Below, one piece after another: positions 38,457-47,341 of a DNA stretch of 64,000 bases. The translations under genes were made by a program, and so were the position numbers. Numbering within the stretch: position 1 is the stretch's first letter; every line of letters begins with the position of its first letter. Below the pieces are notes generated by a model. The model ran no database searches. It saw nothing but the letters and a program-made list of their open reading frames with translations, and had not been told where the DNA came from. Source of the stretch: a virus; IMG/VR virus record IMGVR_UViG_3300045988_165705. One strand, 5' to 3'.

Positions 38457-40980
38457 TGAATTCCTCCAGTCTCTTTTGTTTCAGGGTAAAGCGGTTCCCG
38501 CAAAACACGATTTCTCCGGCGGGGTCAATGGTCGGATAGGAAATCAATCCGTCATGTTTGTTCAGCAGATTGCGGATGATTTCATTTCCGCACATCTCCC
38601 ATGCAAACCGCTTGGTCGAGCTCTTCCGGTAGCAAATGTCCAATACGATGTCGCACAAGGCGAACCGATTGGAGCATACCTTGCTGCACTCCTGCTCGAA
38701 CTCCGTGCGCATCTCCATCATTTTGGAGAAGGTGTCGTACTCGTCTACTCGTTCGTAGTTCGCAAACACAGCATAGCTGCGCAGCCGGTGGTTATAATTC
38801 TCATACAGCTTCAGAATTGCGTTATACTGTGAGCGGGTATAAGCGGCGCCACTTTTCATGACGGTGTAGTCAAACTCTGTCTCTGCACTGTGCCGTCCGA
38901 GATACCCGTCAAACTCCTGCTCAAAACGACGGCATATTCTGTTCATCACGCAATTGTGATTGCCAACCGGCATCCGGGACTCGTAATAGCGGAGGAAATC
39001 CTTCTGCCGGTCACTCAGTTCCGCAGGCGGCAGCTCCAGCAATTCGTCCACCGTCATTTGGAATTCCCGCATGGCGGTCTTGTTGGTGTTCTTTATGTAT
39101 GTATTGTACTGCTTCATCAGTGTAGGGTAGATAATGCGCATGAAGTACGGCTTCTTGTCTGCTACGATTTTCTGATAAAAGCGTCGCTTGGCTGGGTCTT
39201 CAATGGTGTTGACGCTGTGGCGGTCATGCCACTCTCTCGGCATGGGCTTGGCAATAATTCCTTTGGCCTTGTCAATGGCGTTCTGCTGGAATAGCTGTCC
39301 GCACTTGATGCGATAATCAAGCGCCTCGTATTCCTTGCTGCCCTTTTTGAACTGCGCCCGCACATCAAACATGGAGGTAATCCAGTTCGTTGTCTTCCCG
39401 ATATCGTCACCAAAGCTGTCGATGTTCGCCTGAATGAAGTCCGCTTCGGTGACGATTTTCTTTTTGGCATTACGCTGCACGCACATCAGCGCAGGAAGTT
39501 CCTTCAGGTTGCGGACGAGAACATCGTTGTCGGTCAACATCACAAGGTCGCCATCTTTATCCATACCATTCAGAGCATGGGCAGCAGTATCCCACGAATT
39601 GAAGATAGTGCAGGTCGTCATATACTGATACCAGTAGGCTGCCGCTTCGCTATGATTCGGATATACCAGCCGAATGTTATTGTGGCAGGTCATTGGTGCT
39701 CGATAGCAAGCCAACTTCTGTGTGCCCTGTCGGCACCAGTGCTGGTTATAGATTTCACCGGCTTTCAGCAGCCCCGTCACCGGCATGGCAAAAATGTGCT
39801 GGCAGAGAGAATAGGGGTCGCCGGACACAATGGAATAATTCCCGTGTACCTTCAACACGCCAACCTTAGCCTCGTTGATGCGGTTCTTTATCATCTGGTA
39901 GACGCTGCTCTGCACATAGGGGTCGTTGAGAATATGGGGCTCAATCATCAGCGCCTTTATGAAGTCGTTTTCCATGCAGCCGACATTCTCTTCGTTCAGT
40001 CCCGCACCTTTGAGAAACAGAACAGTCTTTACCCAATCGGCGTACAGCACATCCTTTATCTCATCCATTGTCGGCTTGATAAGCTGCTCCATATCTGCGT
40101 CATCCAACTCATAGCTCTGAATGAATTGGTAATTCAGAGTTCTTTCACTTTCCAGTTCTCTTGGGCAGGTCTTTGCAACGCCGAAGGTATAGCCGTTCCT
40201 GAGACAGTTCTGCACATAGTCATCGCAGCTATCATAGGCATCCCACAGCTTCAACATGGATGTTGTCAGTATCAGTTCCACATTCCGCACATCCACATCG
40301 TTACCCCATGCGTCTTTGACAATGTAAGTTCCGGCGACATTCTTGGCAAAGTCCAAAAAGTCAAAGGTGAATACCATGCCCTTCTCCCATGAGAATCTGG
40401 TGTTCACTCCGCTGACAAGATAGTCAAGCTCAAGCTCCTCTGACCACCGCCTTGCCAAAGACGGCAGCATCAAACCGTACCCGTCCGACTCTTTAAGTTG
40501 TACGGTCGCTTGCTTACGCTCCTCCATCACAGGTTCTCCGTCGCCCTCATCGTTCAGGTAAATGATATCGGATAGGAACTCCGTCTCACAGTCGCTCACT
40601 ACCAGAATGCCGTGCGGCATGGACACCGGGATAGATGCGCTACAGGTCAATGCGTTGTAGGCTTCCAACTTGGCGGGAACCATCGCCTTTTCCATATTGC
40701 GGCCATTGTTGATGCGCCTGCGGATTTCATCTGCGTGCCGTTCGCTGACAAAGACAATCGTCTCATTCTTGACGCCGCCGTTTGTCCCCAAGAGCCGTTG
40801 ATACTTGATGCCGTTAATGCTGAAACCACGGCAGGCACGGTGATAGTCTTTCTCTTTGTCGATGATAACGCACAGATAATCCGGCTTGAATTGGATGGTG
40901 TCCAGTTGTGCATAAAGCTGCTTGATACGGCGGCGGTTCTGCACGCTGTTCTGCTCTTTGCGTAGCCGTCGAATCTCCAT
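38440..40980 (-). CDS. YonO/RdRP-like single-subunit (double-psi beta-barrel) RNA polymerase
   Basis: 846 aa. YRAPMTCHNNIRLV followed by LNGMDKDGDLVMLTDND reproduces the R.P..H..(D/N)(I/V)R and D.DGD catalytic signature of cellular RdRPs and of SPbeta YonO (about 840 aa). The frame stays open about 190 nt upstream of the first ATG without a canonical start. Confidence 0.7.
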   Translation of the reverse strand: MEIRRLRKEQNSVQNRRRIKQLYAQLDTIQFKPDYLCVIIDKEKDYHRACRGFSINGIKYQRLLGTNGGVKNETIVFVSERHADEIRRRINNGRNMEKAMVPAKLEAYNALTCSASIPVSMPHGILVVSDCETEFLSDIIYLNDEGDGEPVMEERKQATVQLKESDGYGLMLPSLARRWSEELELDYLVSGVNTRFSWEKGMVFTFDFLDFAKNVAGTYIVKDAWGNDVDVRNVELILTTSMLKLWDAYDSCDDYVQNCLRNGYTFGVAKTCPRELESERTLNYQFIQSYELDDADMEQLIKPTMDEIKDVLYADWVKTVLFLKGAGLNEENVGCMENDFIKALMIEPHILNDPYVQSSVYQMIKNRINEAKVGVLKVHGNYSIVSGDPYSLCQHIFAMPVTGLLKAGEIYNQHWCRQGTQKLACYRAPMTCHNNIRLVYPNHSEAAAYWYQYMTTCTIFNSWDTAAHALNGMDKDGDLVMLTDNDVLVRNLKELPALMCVQRNAKKKIVTEADFIQANIDSFGDDIGKTTNWITSMFDVRAQFKKGSKEYEALDYRIKCGQLFQQNAIDKAKGIIAKPMPREWHDRHSVNTIEDPAKRRFYQKIVADKKPYFMRIIYPTLMKQYNTYIKNTNKTAMREFQMTVDELLELPPAELSDRQKDFLRYYESRMPVGNHNCVMNRICRRFEQEFDGYLGRHSAETEFDYTVMKSGAAYTRSQYNAILKLYENYNHRLRSYAVFANYERVDEYDTFSKMMEMRTEFEQECSKVCSNRFALCDIVLDICYRKSSTKRFAWEMCGNEIIRNLLNKHDGLISYPTIDPAGEIVFCGNRFTLKQKRLEEFNEHCS

Positions 40981-41246
40981 CTTGATTTCCTTTGCTCTGG
41001 CCTCGGCATCGGTAATCCCGTTCAGCTCATCCAGCCAGCGCAGTACCTGGCTGTCTGCAAGCGAAATAACCTCATCGTTCCGCCTCGCTTCCGCTATGGG
41101 CAGCGTTAGCTTCCACTTGGCCTTTCGCAGTCTGCTGCTATGCAGTTTGAAGATATACTTCTGACATACTAACTGTTTTGCCAGACTCGCTCACCTCACA
41201 GTTGTATTTTATTTAATTGCTATGATATAAGAAAAATAATACAGCC

Positions 41247-41420
41247 TTACTCATAATCTTCGGCTGTGTATTGGAACCACTCTCGGTAAAAGCGCATCCT
41301 CTCACGCTCTATGTGTCGTTCCAGTTCCGCATCGTTTTCAAGCGGATTTTCAAAAATCTCCTCACACTTGAGCCGCAGCTCATCGGAGTCTTCATATGTA
41401 TAGGGGTAATTATTCTGCAA
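41247..41420 (-). CDS. Possible small acidic protein (57 aa, below the ORF-track cutoff)
   Basis: TTG start 8 nt after GGAGGA, overlapping the stop of the NTPase gene. Translation ...YEDSDELRLKCEEIFENPLENDAELERHIERERMRFYREWFQYTAEDYE looks protein-like. Confidence 0.3.
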   Translation of the reverse strand: MQNNYPYTYEDSDELRLKCEEIFENPLENDAELERHIERERMRFYREWFQYTAEDYE

Positions 41421-42627
41421 TCGTCTTTCCTCCGTTCGTCGTGTCTATCCAATTCATGAGCAGCTCTCTCATGCGCTTGCTCGGTATGTATAGGTTGATA
41501 GGGCGGTCATCACGAATGGCACTTCTCCATATCCACTGCAACATCTCGGATAGTGCGAATTCATCCGCATCGATAGTGATGTTCTGGGCATGGAAGAACT
41601 TCATGATGTTGGGGTCGGCAAACCGATTGACCATGTAGGCCACATCAGTGCGGTCTTTATACTCGTTGGTTGCTCTGGCGCTGGTCTGCAGAAAGTTCTT
41701 ACGGAACCTTCCGGTCTTGCTGTCTACCAGCTTGTTCACATCGCTCTTGTAGCAAGTCCATAGCCGGGTCTCCTGCCCTCCGCCCGGAATGCTTTGAAAG
41801 AACTTCTTCATGCCGTTTCGCAGCGTGCGAATCTCAGCGTTGTTATACCCCCGTTTGTCGTACCATGACTTGGACAGGGTATAAGTCTTGTCCCCAACAG
41901 CATTGAGTTTCGGGCTGTCCACAATATGTATCAGGTCGTGGTAATCCAGGGGCGGCGGTTCATCCGGCCTGTCAGAGAATCGATAGCCATTGGCGTCGCT
42001 CTCCACACCAACTACTCTGTAGTCAAACCCGAAATAATCCAGATAGGCTTTCTGGTACTGCCCATTGAAAAGGTAGGTCAGCATGAATACCTCGTCAAAT
42101 GAGCGAAGTAGTTCTGGGTTGAGAATGTTCAGCAGCGCATTGTCCAGCCGGAATAGTGAGCGGGTGTTTGCCATCTCCTTGTAATCGCTGAACCGCCCGG
42201 TGTACTCCTCATCTTTCCACTGGATGCATCCGTCTTCTAAAACTTCAGCGAGTTGGGTTACAATCAGGTCGAAGTCCTTATCGGTGATGTTCAGCCTCTC
42301 TATTACCTGAATGCTTTCATCTACGATAAGAGAATAGTGCTTCTCTCGAATTAGCTTCAGCGCCTCGTCATCCATCAGATAAAACAGTGAATGCGTTGCG
42401 GAGACATTGTGCCCAAGACGAAGGTGGAGCTTCAACTCAGATGACTTGCTCATGTGGTCACTGTCCGGCTGGTCAAAGTCGCAGCGTTCGCAGATACGCC
42501 CGACCTCGTCCAGATATGGGGTGATGTACAAAAACCGCTTGTTGTCCTTGTGCCGGTTCATGTAACGAATAGCTGCCGACGATTTACCTCTGCCCATACG
42601 GGCGTCAACAATAGTTATCTGGTTCAT
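41410..42627 (-). CDS. P-loop NTPase
   Basis: Walker A DARMGRGKSS at the N-terminus and Walker B SLIVDES. 405 aa. First gene of the minus-strand early-type operon. Confidence 0.7.
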   Translation of the reverse strand: MNQITIVDARMGRGKSSAAIRYMNRHKDNKRFLYITPYLDEVGRICERCDFDQPDSDHMSKSSELKLHLRLGHNVSATHSLFYLMDDEALKLIREKHYSLIVDESIQVIERLNITDKDFDLIVTQLAEVLEDGCIQWKDEEYTGRFSDYKEMANTRSLFRLDNALLNILNPELLRSFDEVFMLTYLFNGQYQKAYLDYFGFDYRVVGVESDANGYRFSDRPDEPPPLDYHDLIHIVDSPKLNAVGDKTYTLSKSWYDKRGYNNAEIRTLRNGMKKFFQSIPGGGQETRLWTCYKSDVNKLVDSKTGRFRKNFLQTSARATNEYKDRTDVAYMVNRFADPNIMKFFHAQNITIDADEFALSEMLQWIWRSAIRDDRPINLYIPSKRMRELLMNWIDTTNGGKTIAE

Positions 42628-42914
42628 TTGGTGGTGTCATCACATCCTTTCTGCGTATTTTTGATTAACCAAACCATCCAAAAAATTTTAGGACACAAAA
42701 AAGCCGCTCGACTGGTTATACTGTCGCTATCAACGCAGCTCCTGTAACCTGCTTTGAGTAGCTTTTTTTATGCTCTTTTTTCAAACTCCTCCTTCTTTAT
42801 AACCTTTGAATCGAAAAGCCCTGTGTCACAAGGACTTTCCAAAACGGCCAGGACACTCGGTGTGTCCTAACTTGTTTATCCGATATGCGATTATCAAGGT
42901 GCAGCAGATGGTCA

Positions 42915-43742
42915 TCAGGCCATCAAAATCTCAGTCTCTCCAATGTCACTATCGACCAGATAGTTGTGATTGACGCTGCCGAGGTTGAGGTTCCGATAGG
43001 CTTCATCAATCTCTTCGCTGGTGATGCCGATGTAGTCCAGAGTCTGAGCAGCGGTGGAGTGACCAAATATCTTCTGGAGAAGCAGCAGCTTGCGGGGGTC
43101 GTTGCCGCTCATCACCATCTGATGATAGGCGAAGGTTTTACGCAGTGTATGGGTCGCCATACGATTACCAAGGCCAAGGTCTTTAGCGATACCCTTAAGC
43201 ATAAGGTCAACGGCCTGCTTGCTGATAGGCTTGTTTTCGTTCACTCCATTATTGGACTGGCTGCGGAACATATAGTCGCTGAGGTGAACGCCGGGCGTGT
43301 TCTCAAGGTACAGGGTCACAGCTTCTACAACTGCTGTATTGATGGTGATATAGCGGTTGCGCTGACGCTTGCGAGTGTTTCGTGTCTTCTTCTCCAGAAC
43401 CGGAAAGCGGTCACGGAAGGTGCAATCGTCATTGATAATGTGGGTGAAGCGCAGAGAGCGAAGGTCACTGATACGAAGTCCAAAGTTGATACCAACAATG
43501 AACAGCATATTATCTCTGAATCGCTTCTGTCCAATCAGGAACTGAGAGATGCGGATGATGTCGTCCATGCTCTTGATTGGCTCGGCGGAGTGCTCGACAG
43601 CAAGGTCGGTATGTACCTCTTCAGCAGCGGGGGCGATGAGGCCAGCCTTGAGCTTACGGCAGCTCTGCTGGACGGTGGCAATGTCGATGACGGTTGAGGG
43701 CTTGGCCTCCTGTGTGAAGTCGATGTGGATTATCTTAGCCAT
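42915..43742 (-). CDS. Tyrosine recombinase (second integrase-family gene)
   Basis: GLRISDL, HTLRKTFAY and GHSTAAQTLDYI supply the R..HxxR..H/Y catalytic residues. 275 aa with no long N-terminal arm-binding domain. Confidence 0.8.
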   Translation of the reverse strand: MAKIIHIDFTQEAKPSTVIDIATVQQSCRKLKAGLIAPAAEEVHTDLAVEHSAEPIKSMDDIIRISQFLIGQKRFRDNMLFIVGINFGLRISDLRSLRFTHIINDDCTFRDRFPVLEKKTRNTRKRQRNRYITINTAVVEAVTLYLENTPGVHLSDYMFRSQSNNGVNENKPISKQAVDLMLKGIAKDLGLGNRMATHTLRKTFAYHQMVMSGNDPRKLLLLQKIFGHSTAAQTLDYIGITSEEIDEAYRNLNLGSVNHNYLVDSDIGETEILMA

Positions 43743-44197
43743 CGTAGCTCTCCTTTCTCAATCAAAATGTAGTCTATTTAATTATCTTGATTATACCGAT
43801 ATTATACCACATTTCTTTATGGAATGTAAGTATAATTAGTAGACAACATAGGGAAAACAGTGAAAAACAAAAGCATAAATAACAGGCGGCGTAGTTAAGC
43901 CCTTTTCTCTTTTGGACAAGTTGAATCCTCCTCACAAGCATCCACGCAAAGGGCTTAACCAACAATGTTCCTCTGGACATTCTTTGCCGAGAAAGCAAGT
44001 AAAATCAAGGCGTGTGGGGATTGCAGTAAAAAGTGATGGTTTGGGTCAGATGAACCGACTACATCTGTTTGCGCTGTCGGCGGGGGCTGAAAAGACCATA
44101 ACCACCCCCCTACTTGCCATAGCACCGAAAAGGCAAGTAGACACCACGGCGGCAACGGCGGCACGACAGGCGGCAGGCAGGGCGGGGACGGTTGCGG

Positions 44198-44225
44198 CAG
44201 GGTACACCCCTTGCGGCTATGGGTG
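44198..44225 (+). repeat. Solitary copy of the hairpin motif found in the 58-bp tandem repeats
   Basis: CAGGGTACACCCCTTGCGGCTATGGGTG versus CAGGGTACACCCCTTGCGGTTAAGGGTG at 45446, 45504 and 45562. It lies 18 nt upstream of the -35 box. Confidence 0.7.
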
Positions 44226-44242
44226 TATGTCAAAAAATTGTG

Positions 44243-44271
44243 TTGACATTGTATGCAAGTGGTGCTATACT
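44243..44271 (+). promoter_or_regulatory. Sigma70/SigA-type promoter
   Basis: TTGACA (44243-44248), 17-nt spacer, TATACT (44266-44271). It is about 80 nt upstream of the ATG at 44352 and marks the start of the plus-strand arm. Confidence 0.7.
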
Positions 44272-44351
44272 TGTTCATGCCGAACAAGGCAAGCGGGACA
44301 CCACAACACCACCGCAAGCCAAAAACACCAACGGCAGAAAGGAAACACAAG

Positions 44352-45341
44352 ATGAACACGAACACGAAAGCAACCGCACAGGCGAAAGCCAACACCACCA
44401 CCGCAAGCGCATTTGAAACCGTCAAACGCAACTATGAAACCGCCCTTGCACAAGGCAAGGACACCGCACAGGAATTGACCGCCCTTGCAACCGCCGTTGC
44501 ATACTCTGTCATCAATAAGTGCATTGACCCACGGCGCAAGACCGCCGCACAGCGGGACACCGCAAGCAACACCGGATTTAATCCCGCTATGGTAACACTG
44601 AAAAGAGGGATTGCCGCTGACCTTGCCACGCTGGACAACACCCGCCGCAACGCCAACGCCGCAACCGCCACAACCTACAACGCCGACGGCGATTTAGTGA
44701 CCGTCACGGCGGACAAGGACGCCGCCGCCGCCCTTGTTGACCTTATGGCAACCACCCTTTCGGACGGAATAGACCTTGTTCAAACCGCCGCCCTTGCCAT
44801 TTTGGAACAAGCCGCCGAACACGCCAACGGCGAAAGTTGGCTTGACAGCAAGTACACCGTTCGCCGCCTGTCCCGCCGTGTCTATATCCGTTCGGATGAA
44901 AGTGCCGCATATAGGGACGATGAAACAACCCCCATTCAAGAGGTTTATAGAGCCGTTCGGCAAGCCGTCCAAAATTCCCGCGCCGTCCAGACTGACCCCC
45001 GCAACGGGTACAGCTACATAGAGGACATGACAGCGGACGGACTGGACACTATCTATTATCGCATGGGCAAGTACACCGATTTAGGCGGGTACGATTGCAA
45101 CGGCAACTATACCACCGACAGACAAGCCGCCGCCGACTATGAAACGCTTGTTGCAAGTCTGAACTTGACCGACAGACAAGCGCAGATACTCCGCTTGCGT
45201 ATGCAAGGCAAGGGGTACAAGGCAATAGCAACCTATTTAGGCGTAACGCAAAGGGCGATTGCAAAGACCGTGGGACAGATACAGACGAAAGCCACGGCGG
45301 CGGGACTGACCCCGCACGGACTGACCACCGCACAGGACTAA
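44352..45341 (+). CDS. Sigma-70-family-like transcription factor (region 4 HTH)
   Basis: C-terminus LTDRQAQILRLRMQGKGYKAIATYLGVTQRAIAKTVGQI is a region-4/LuxR-type HTH. An upstream region-2-like helix is present (IDLVQTAALAILEQ). Start set at the ATG downstream of the promoter. Confidence 0.6.
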   Translation: MNTNTKATAQAKANTTTASAFETVKRNYETALAQGKDTAQELTALATAVAYSVINKCIDPRRKTAAQRDTASNTGFNPAMVTLKRGIAADLATLDNTRRNANAATATTYNADGDLVTVTADKDAAAALVDLMATTLSDGIDLVQTAALAILEQAAEHANGESWLDSKYTVRRLSRRVYIRSDESAAYRDDETTPIQEVYRAVRQAVQNSRAVQTDPRNGYSYIEDMTADGLDTIYYRMGKYTDLGGYDCNGNYTTDRQAAADYETLVASLNLTDRQAQILRLRMQGKGYKAIATYLGVTQRAIAKTVGQIQTKATAAGLTPHGLTTAQD

Positions 45342-45364
45342 ACCGAACACTACACCGCACGCAA

Positions 45365-45397
45365 GGCGGGGGCACAACGCCCCCGCCCTTTTCTTTT
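45365..45397 (+). terminator. Rho-independent terminator
   Basis: GGCGGGGG-cacaacg-CCCCCGCC followed by CTTTTCTTTT, 24 nt after the stop codon. Confidence 0.8.
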
Positions 45398-45426
45398 GGA
45401 CAGACCACCCGCAACCGCAAGGAACA

Positions 45427-45600
45427 CCCGCCGCCCCGCCGCACACAGGGTACACCCCTTGCGGTTAAGGGTGCAGGGCAAGACCCCGCCGCCCCGCCGC
45501 ACACAGGGTACACCCCTTGCGGTTAAGGGTGCAGGGCAAGACCCCGCCGCCCCGCCGCACACAGGGTACACCCCTTGCGGTTAAGGGTGCAGGGCAAGAC
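45427..45600 (+). repeat. Three perfect 58-bp direct tandem repeats
   Basis: The CAGGGT landmarks at 45446, 45504 and 45562 give a 58-nt period. Each unit contains the imperfect hairpin CACCCCTT-GCGGTT-AAGGGTG. The units abut with no spacers. Confidence 0.9.
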
Positions 45601-45610
45601 CCCGCCGCCG

Positions 45611-46420
45611 AAAGGCGGTCACGCTAAGACAGCCCTATGGCTAATCCTGAGTATTCAGGCAACCTTGCCACTGTCCGAGTGGGTGGAAACCCACTAAAAC
45701 CTCTAATCGGTTTAGCACCGGTTTTGAGGGGAACACCGGTGCAATCTGAGTTTGAGGCGGATTGCGATATTGATTATACAAGTTCCCCTGCCTAATGCAG
45801 CCTTTGGCGGTCACAAGCCCGCATGAGAAATGCAGAGTGGGTATTGTCAGAGGAATATAAGCGGAGATGTCCGCCACTTCCATGACAGGCAATACAAGTT
45901 GCGGTACTGTTCCCAGACAACTATAAAAATCAGGGCACTTGTAATCCGCAAGGATAAATAATGGATGGTAGTCCGACTGAGGGACTATAAAGCGCAGTTT
46001 ACCCGATAAATTCGGGCGTCGCCGGTGCATGAGAGTTAGGCTCATGGTACGAGATAGTGAAAATCCCCGGAGGTTTGCGCCTATGAACCTAAGTGCGGCT
46101 TGCATAACTGATGGCTATACAAGAACGACTTTTGAAAGTAAGTAGTATCGTCCGAGTTTTCTACCCAAGGGTATTGTGCTCCGAGGAGCCGAAAGCAAGG
46201 GCATATAGATATGAAAGCCGAATTTGGTCAAGTATTGCGAATTGAACAGAACAGTCCCCGATAGAAATGAGTATCGGAAATGGTGCGTGTTCCGTTCGAT
46301 ACTGCAACGGCTGTGGGGCAAAATATACCCCATGCGCCGAAATGCAGAGCCGGAACCATTTCAAATATCGGGTTTATCATTGATAGAGCCGCCGAGGGTT
46401 TTTCTTCGGCGGTTTCATTG
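45611..46420 (+). ncRNA. Candidate long structured ncRNA (ORF-free, hairpin-dense)
   Basis: No ORF of 60 aa or more with an RBS on the plus strand. More than 10 local hairpins, for example GTGGGT-GGAA-ACCCAC, CACCGGT...ACCGGTG, GCGGA-GATG-TCCGC, CATGAG...CTCATG, CCGATA...TATCGG and GTGATAA...TTATCAC. It ends in a terminator-like hairpin at 46388-46419 followed by TTTCATT. The family was not recognised. Confidence 0.35.
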
Positions 46421-46471
46421 AGTGATAAGCCTGTTATCACCCAAGAAAAACTGTGAAAGGGGCATTTCAAA

Positions 46472-47221
46472 ATGACCAGAGAAGAAAACATCGCCAAATT
46501 GGCACAGTTGCGCTCTGACGCCGAAGCCCTTGTCAAGGATTACAATGATGCAATCCAGAACGGCAAGTATGAGGACGCAACCAAAGCGGAAAAGGCTATG
46601 ACCGAAAAGGTCAATGAGTACACCGCTACTGTCCGGGATATGTGCTTTGAGGACTGCAAAAACACTGATAATCCCATGCTCACCGCAGTCACGACCTTGT
46701 CCTATGTTACCATCGGGGTCAAGGACGAGCAGAAGGGCGATGACAAGGTTCCTGTCCGCACTATCGTGGATAAAGAGCGTCAGATTGACCTGCTCAAGCT
46801 CCACAAGTATTGCGGCAAAATCGGTGCCAACGAGAATTGGGCGCATATCGCCCAGAAGATGAACTTTCTGCTGACCGCACAGAAAGCCGTGGATTTGGGT
46901 ATCGACCCCAAAGCGGTCAACGACAGTTACGCTATGAGCGAGATTGCCCGCGAGTTTGACATGGGCAAGAACCCCGTGAGCAAGACCAATCTGCTCAAGA
47001 CTTTGCAGACGGTTATCACCGCCATGCTGGGCGAACAGTATAAGGCGACATCTCACGATGTCAACTTCCTTATGTCCGTGTATTCCAAGAAGAACCGCAA
47101 GGCTCTGACCGTCACCTGTTCCAATCACCGGTATTTCCGCAATTATCTGGCTGAGGTTTGCCATCGCATCGTCACCGGCAAGTCCTACGAGTTGGACTAT
47201 CGTACCAAGAAAGACAACTAA
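46472..47221 (+). CDS. Hypothetical protein
   Basis: 249 aa with natural Lys/Glu/Asp-rich composition and a GAAAGGGG RBS. The overlapping minus-strand 279-aa ORF has Leu/Gly/Val-rich shadow composition. Confidence 0.7.
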   Translation: MTREENIAKLAQLRSDAEALVKDYNDAIQNGKYEDATKAEKAMTEKVNEYTATVRDMCFEDCKNTDNPMLTAVTTLSYVTIGVKDEQKGDDKVPVRTIVDKERQIDLLKLHKYCGKIGANENWAHIAQKMNFLLTAQKAVDLGIDPKAVNDSYAMSEIAREFDMGKNPVSKTNLLKTLQTVITAMLGEQYKATSHDVNFLMSVYSKKNRKALTVTCSNHRYFRNYLAEVCHRIVTGKSYELDYRTKKDN

Positions 47222-47341
47222 CTGCGGGTTTTGAAGAACCGCCGCCGAACCCATGCCAATGCTGGCAGTTTTGTAGAATGGGTAATCGTCCGGCGGTTTT
47301 TCTTATGCCTAAAGCCGCCAATCCACAAAAGGAGTTTTCAT

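Noticed and set aside
45049-45571. Minus-strand ORFs with repeated MYPVCGGAAG... peptides
   Set aside because: They are translation artefacts of the 58-bp tandem repeat and the GC-rich end of the sigma-like gene.
45427-45600. Possible CRISPR array
   Set aside because: The three 58-bp units abut each other with no spacers and are identical throughout. This is a plain tandem repeat, and there are no cas genes in the window.
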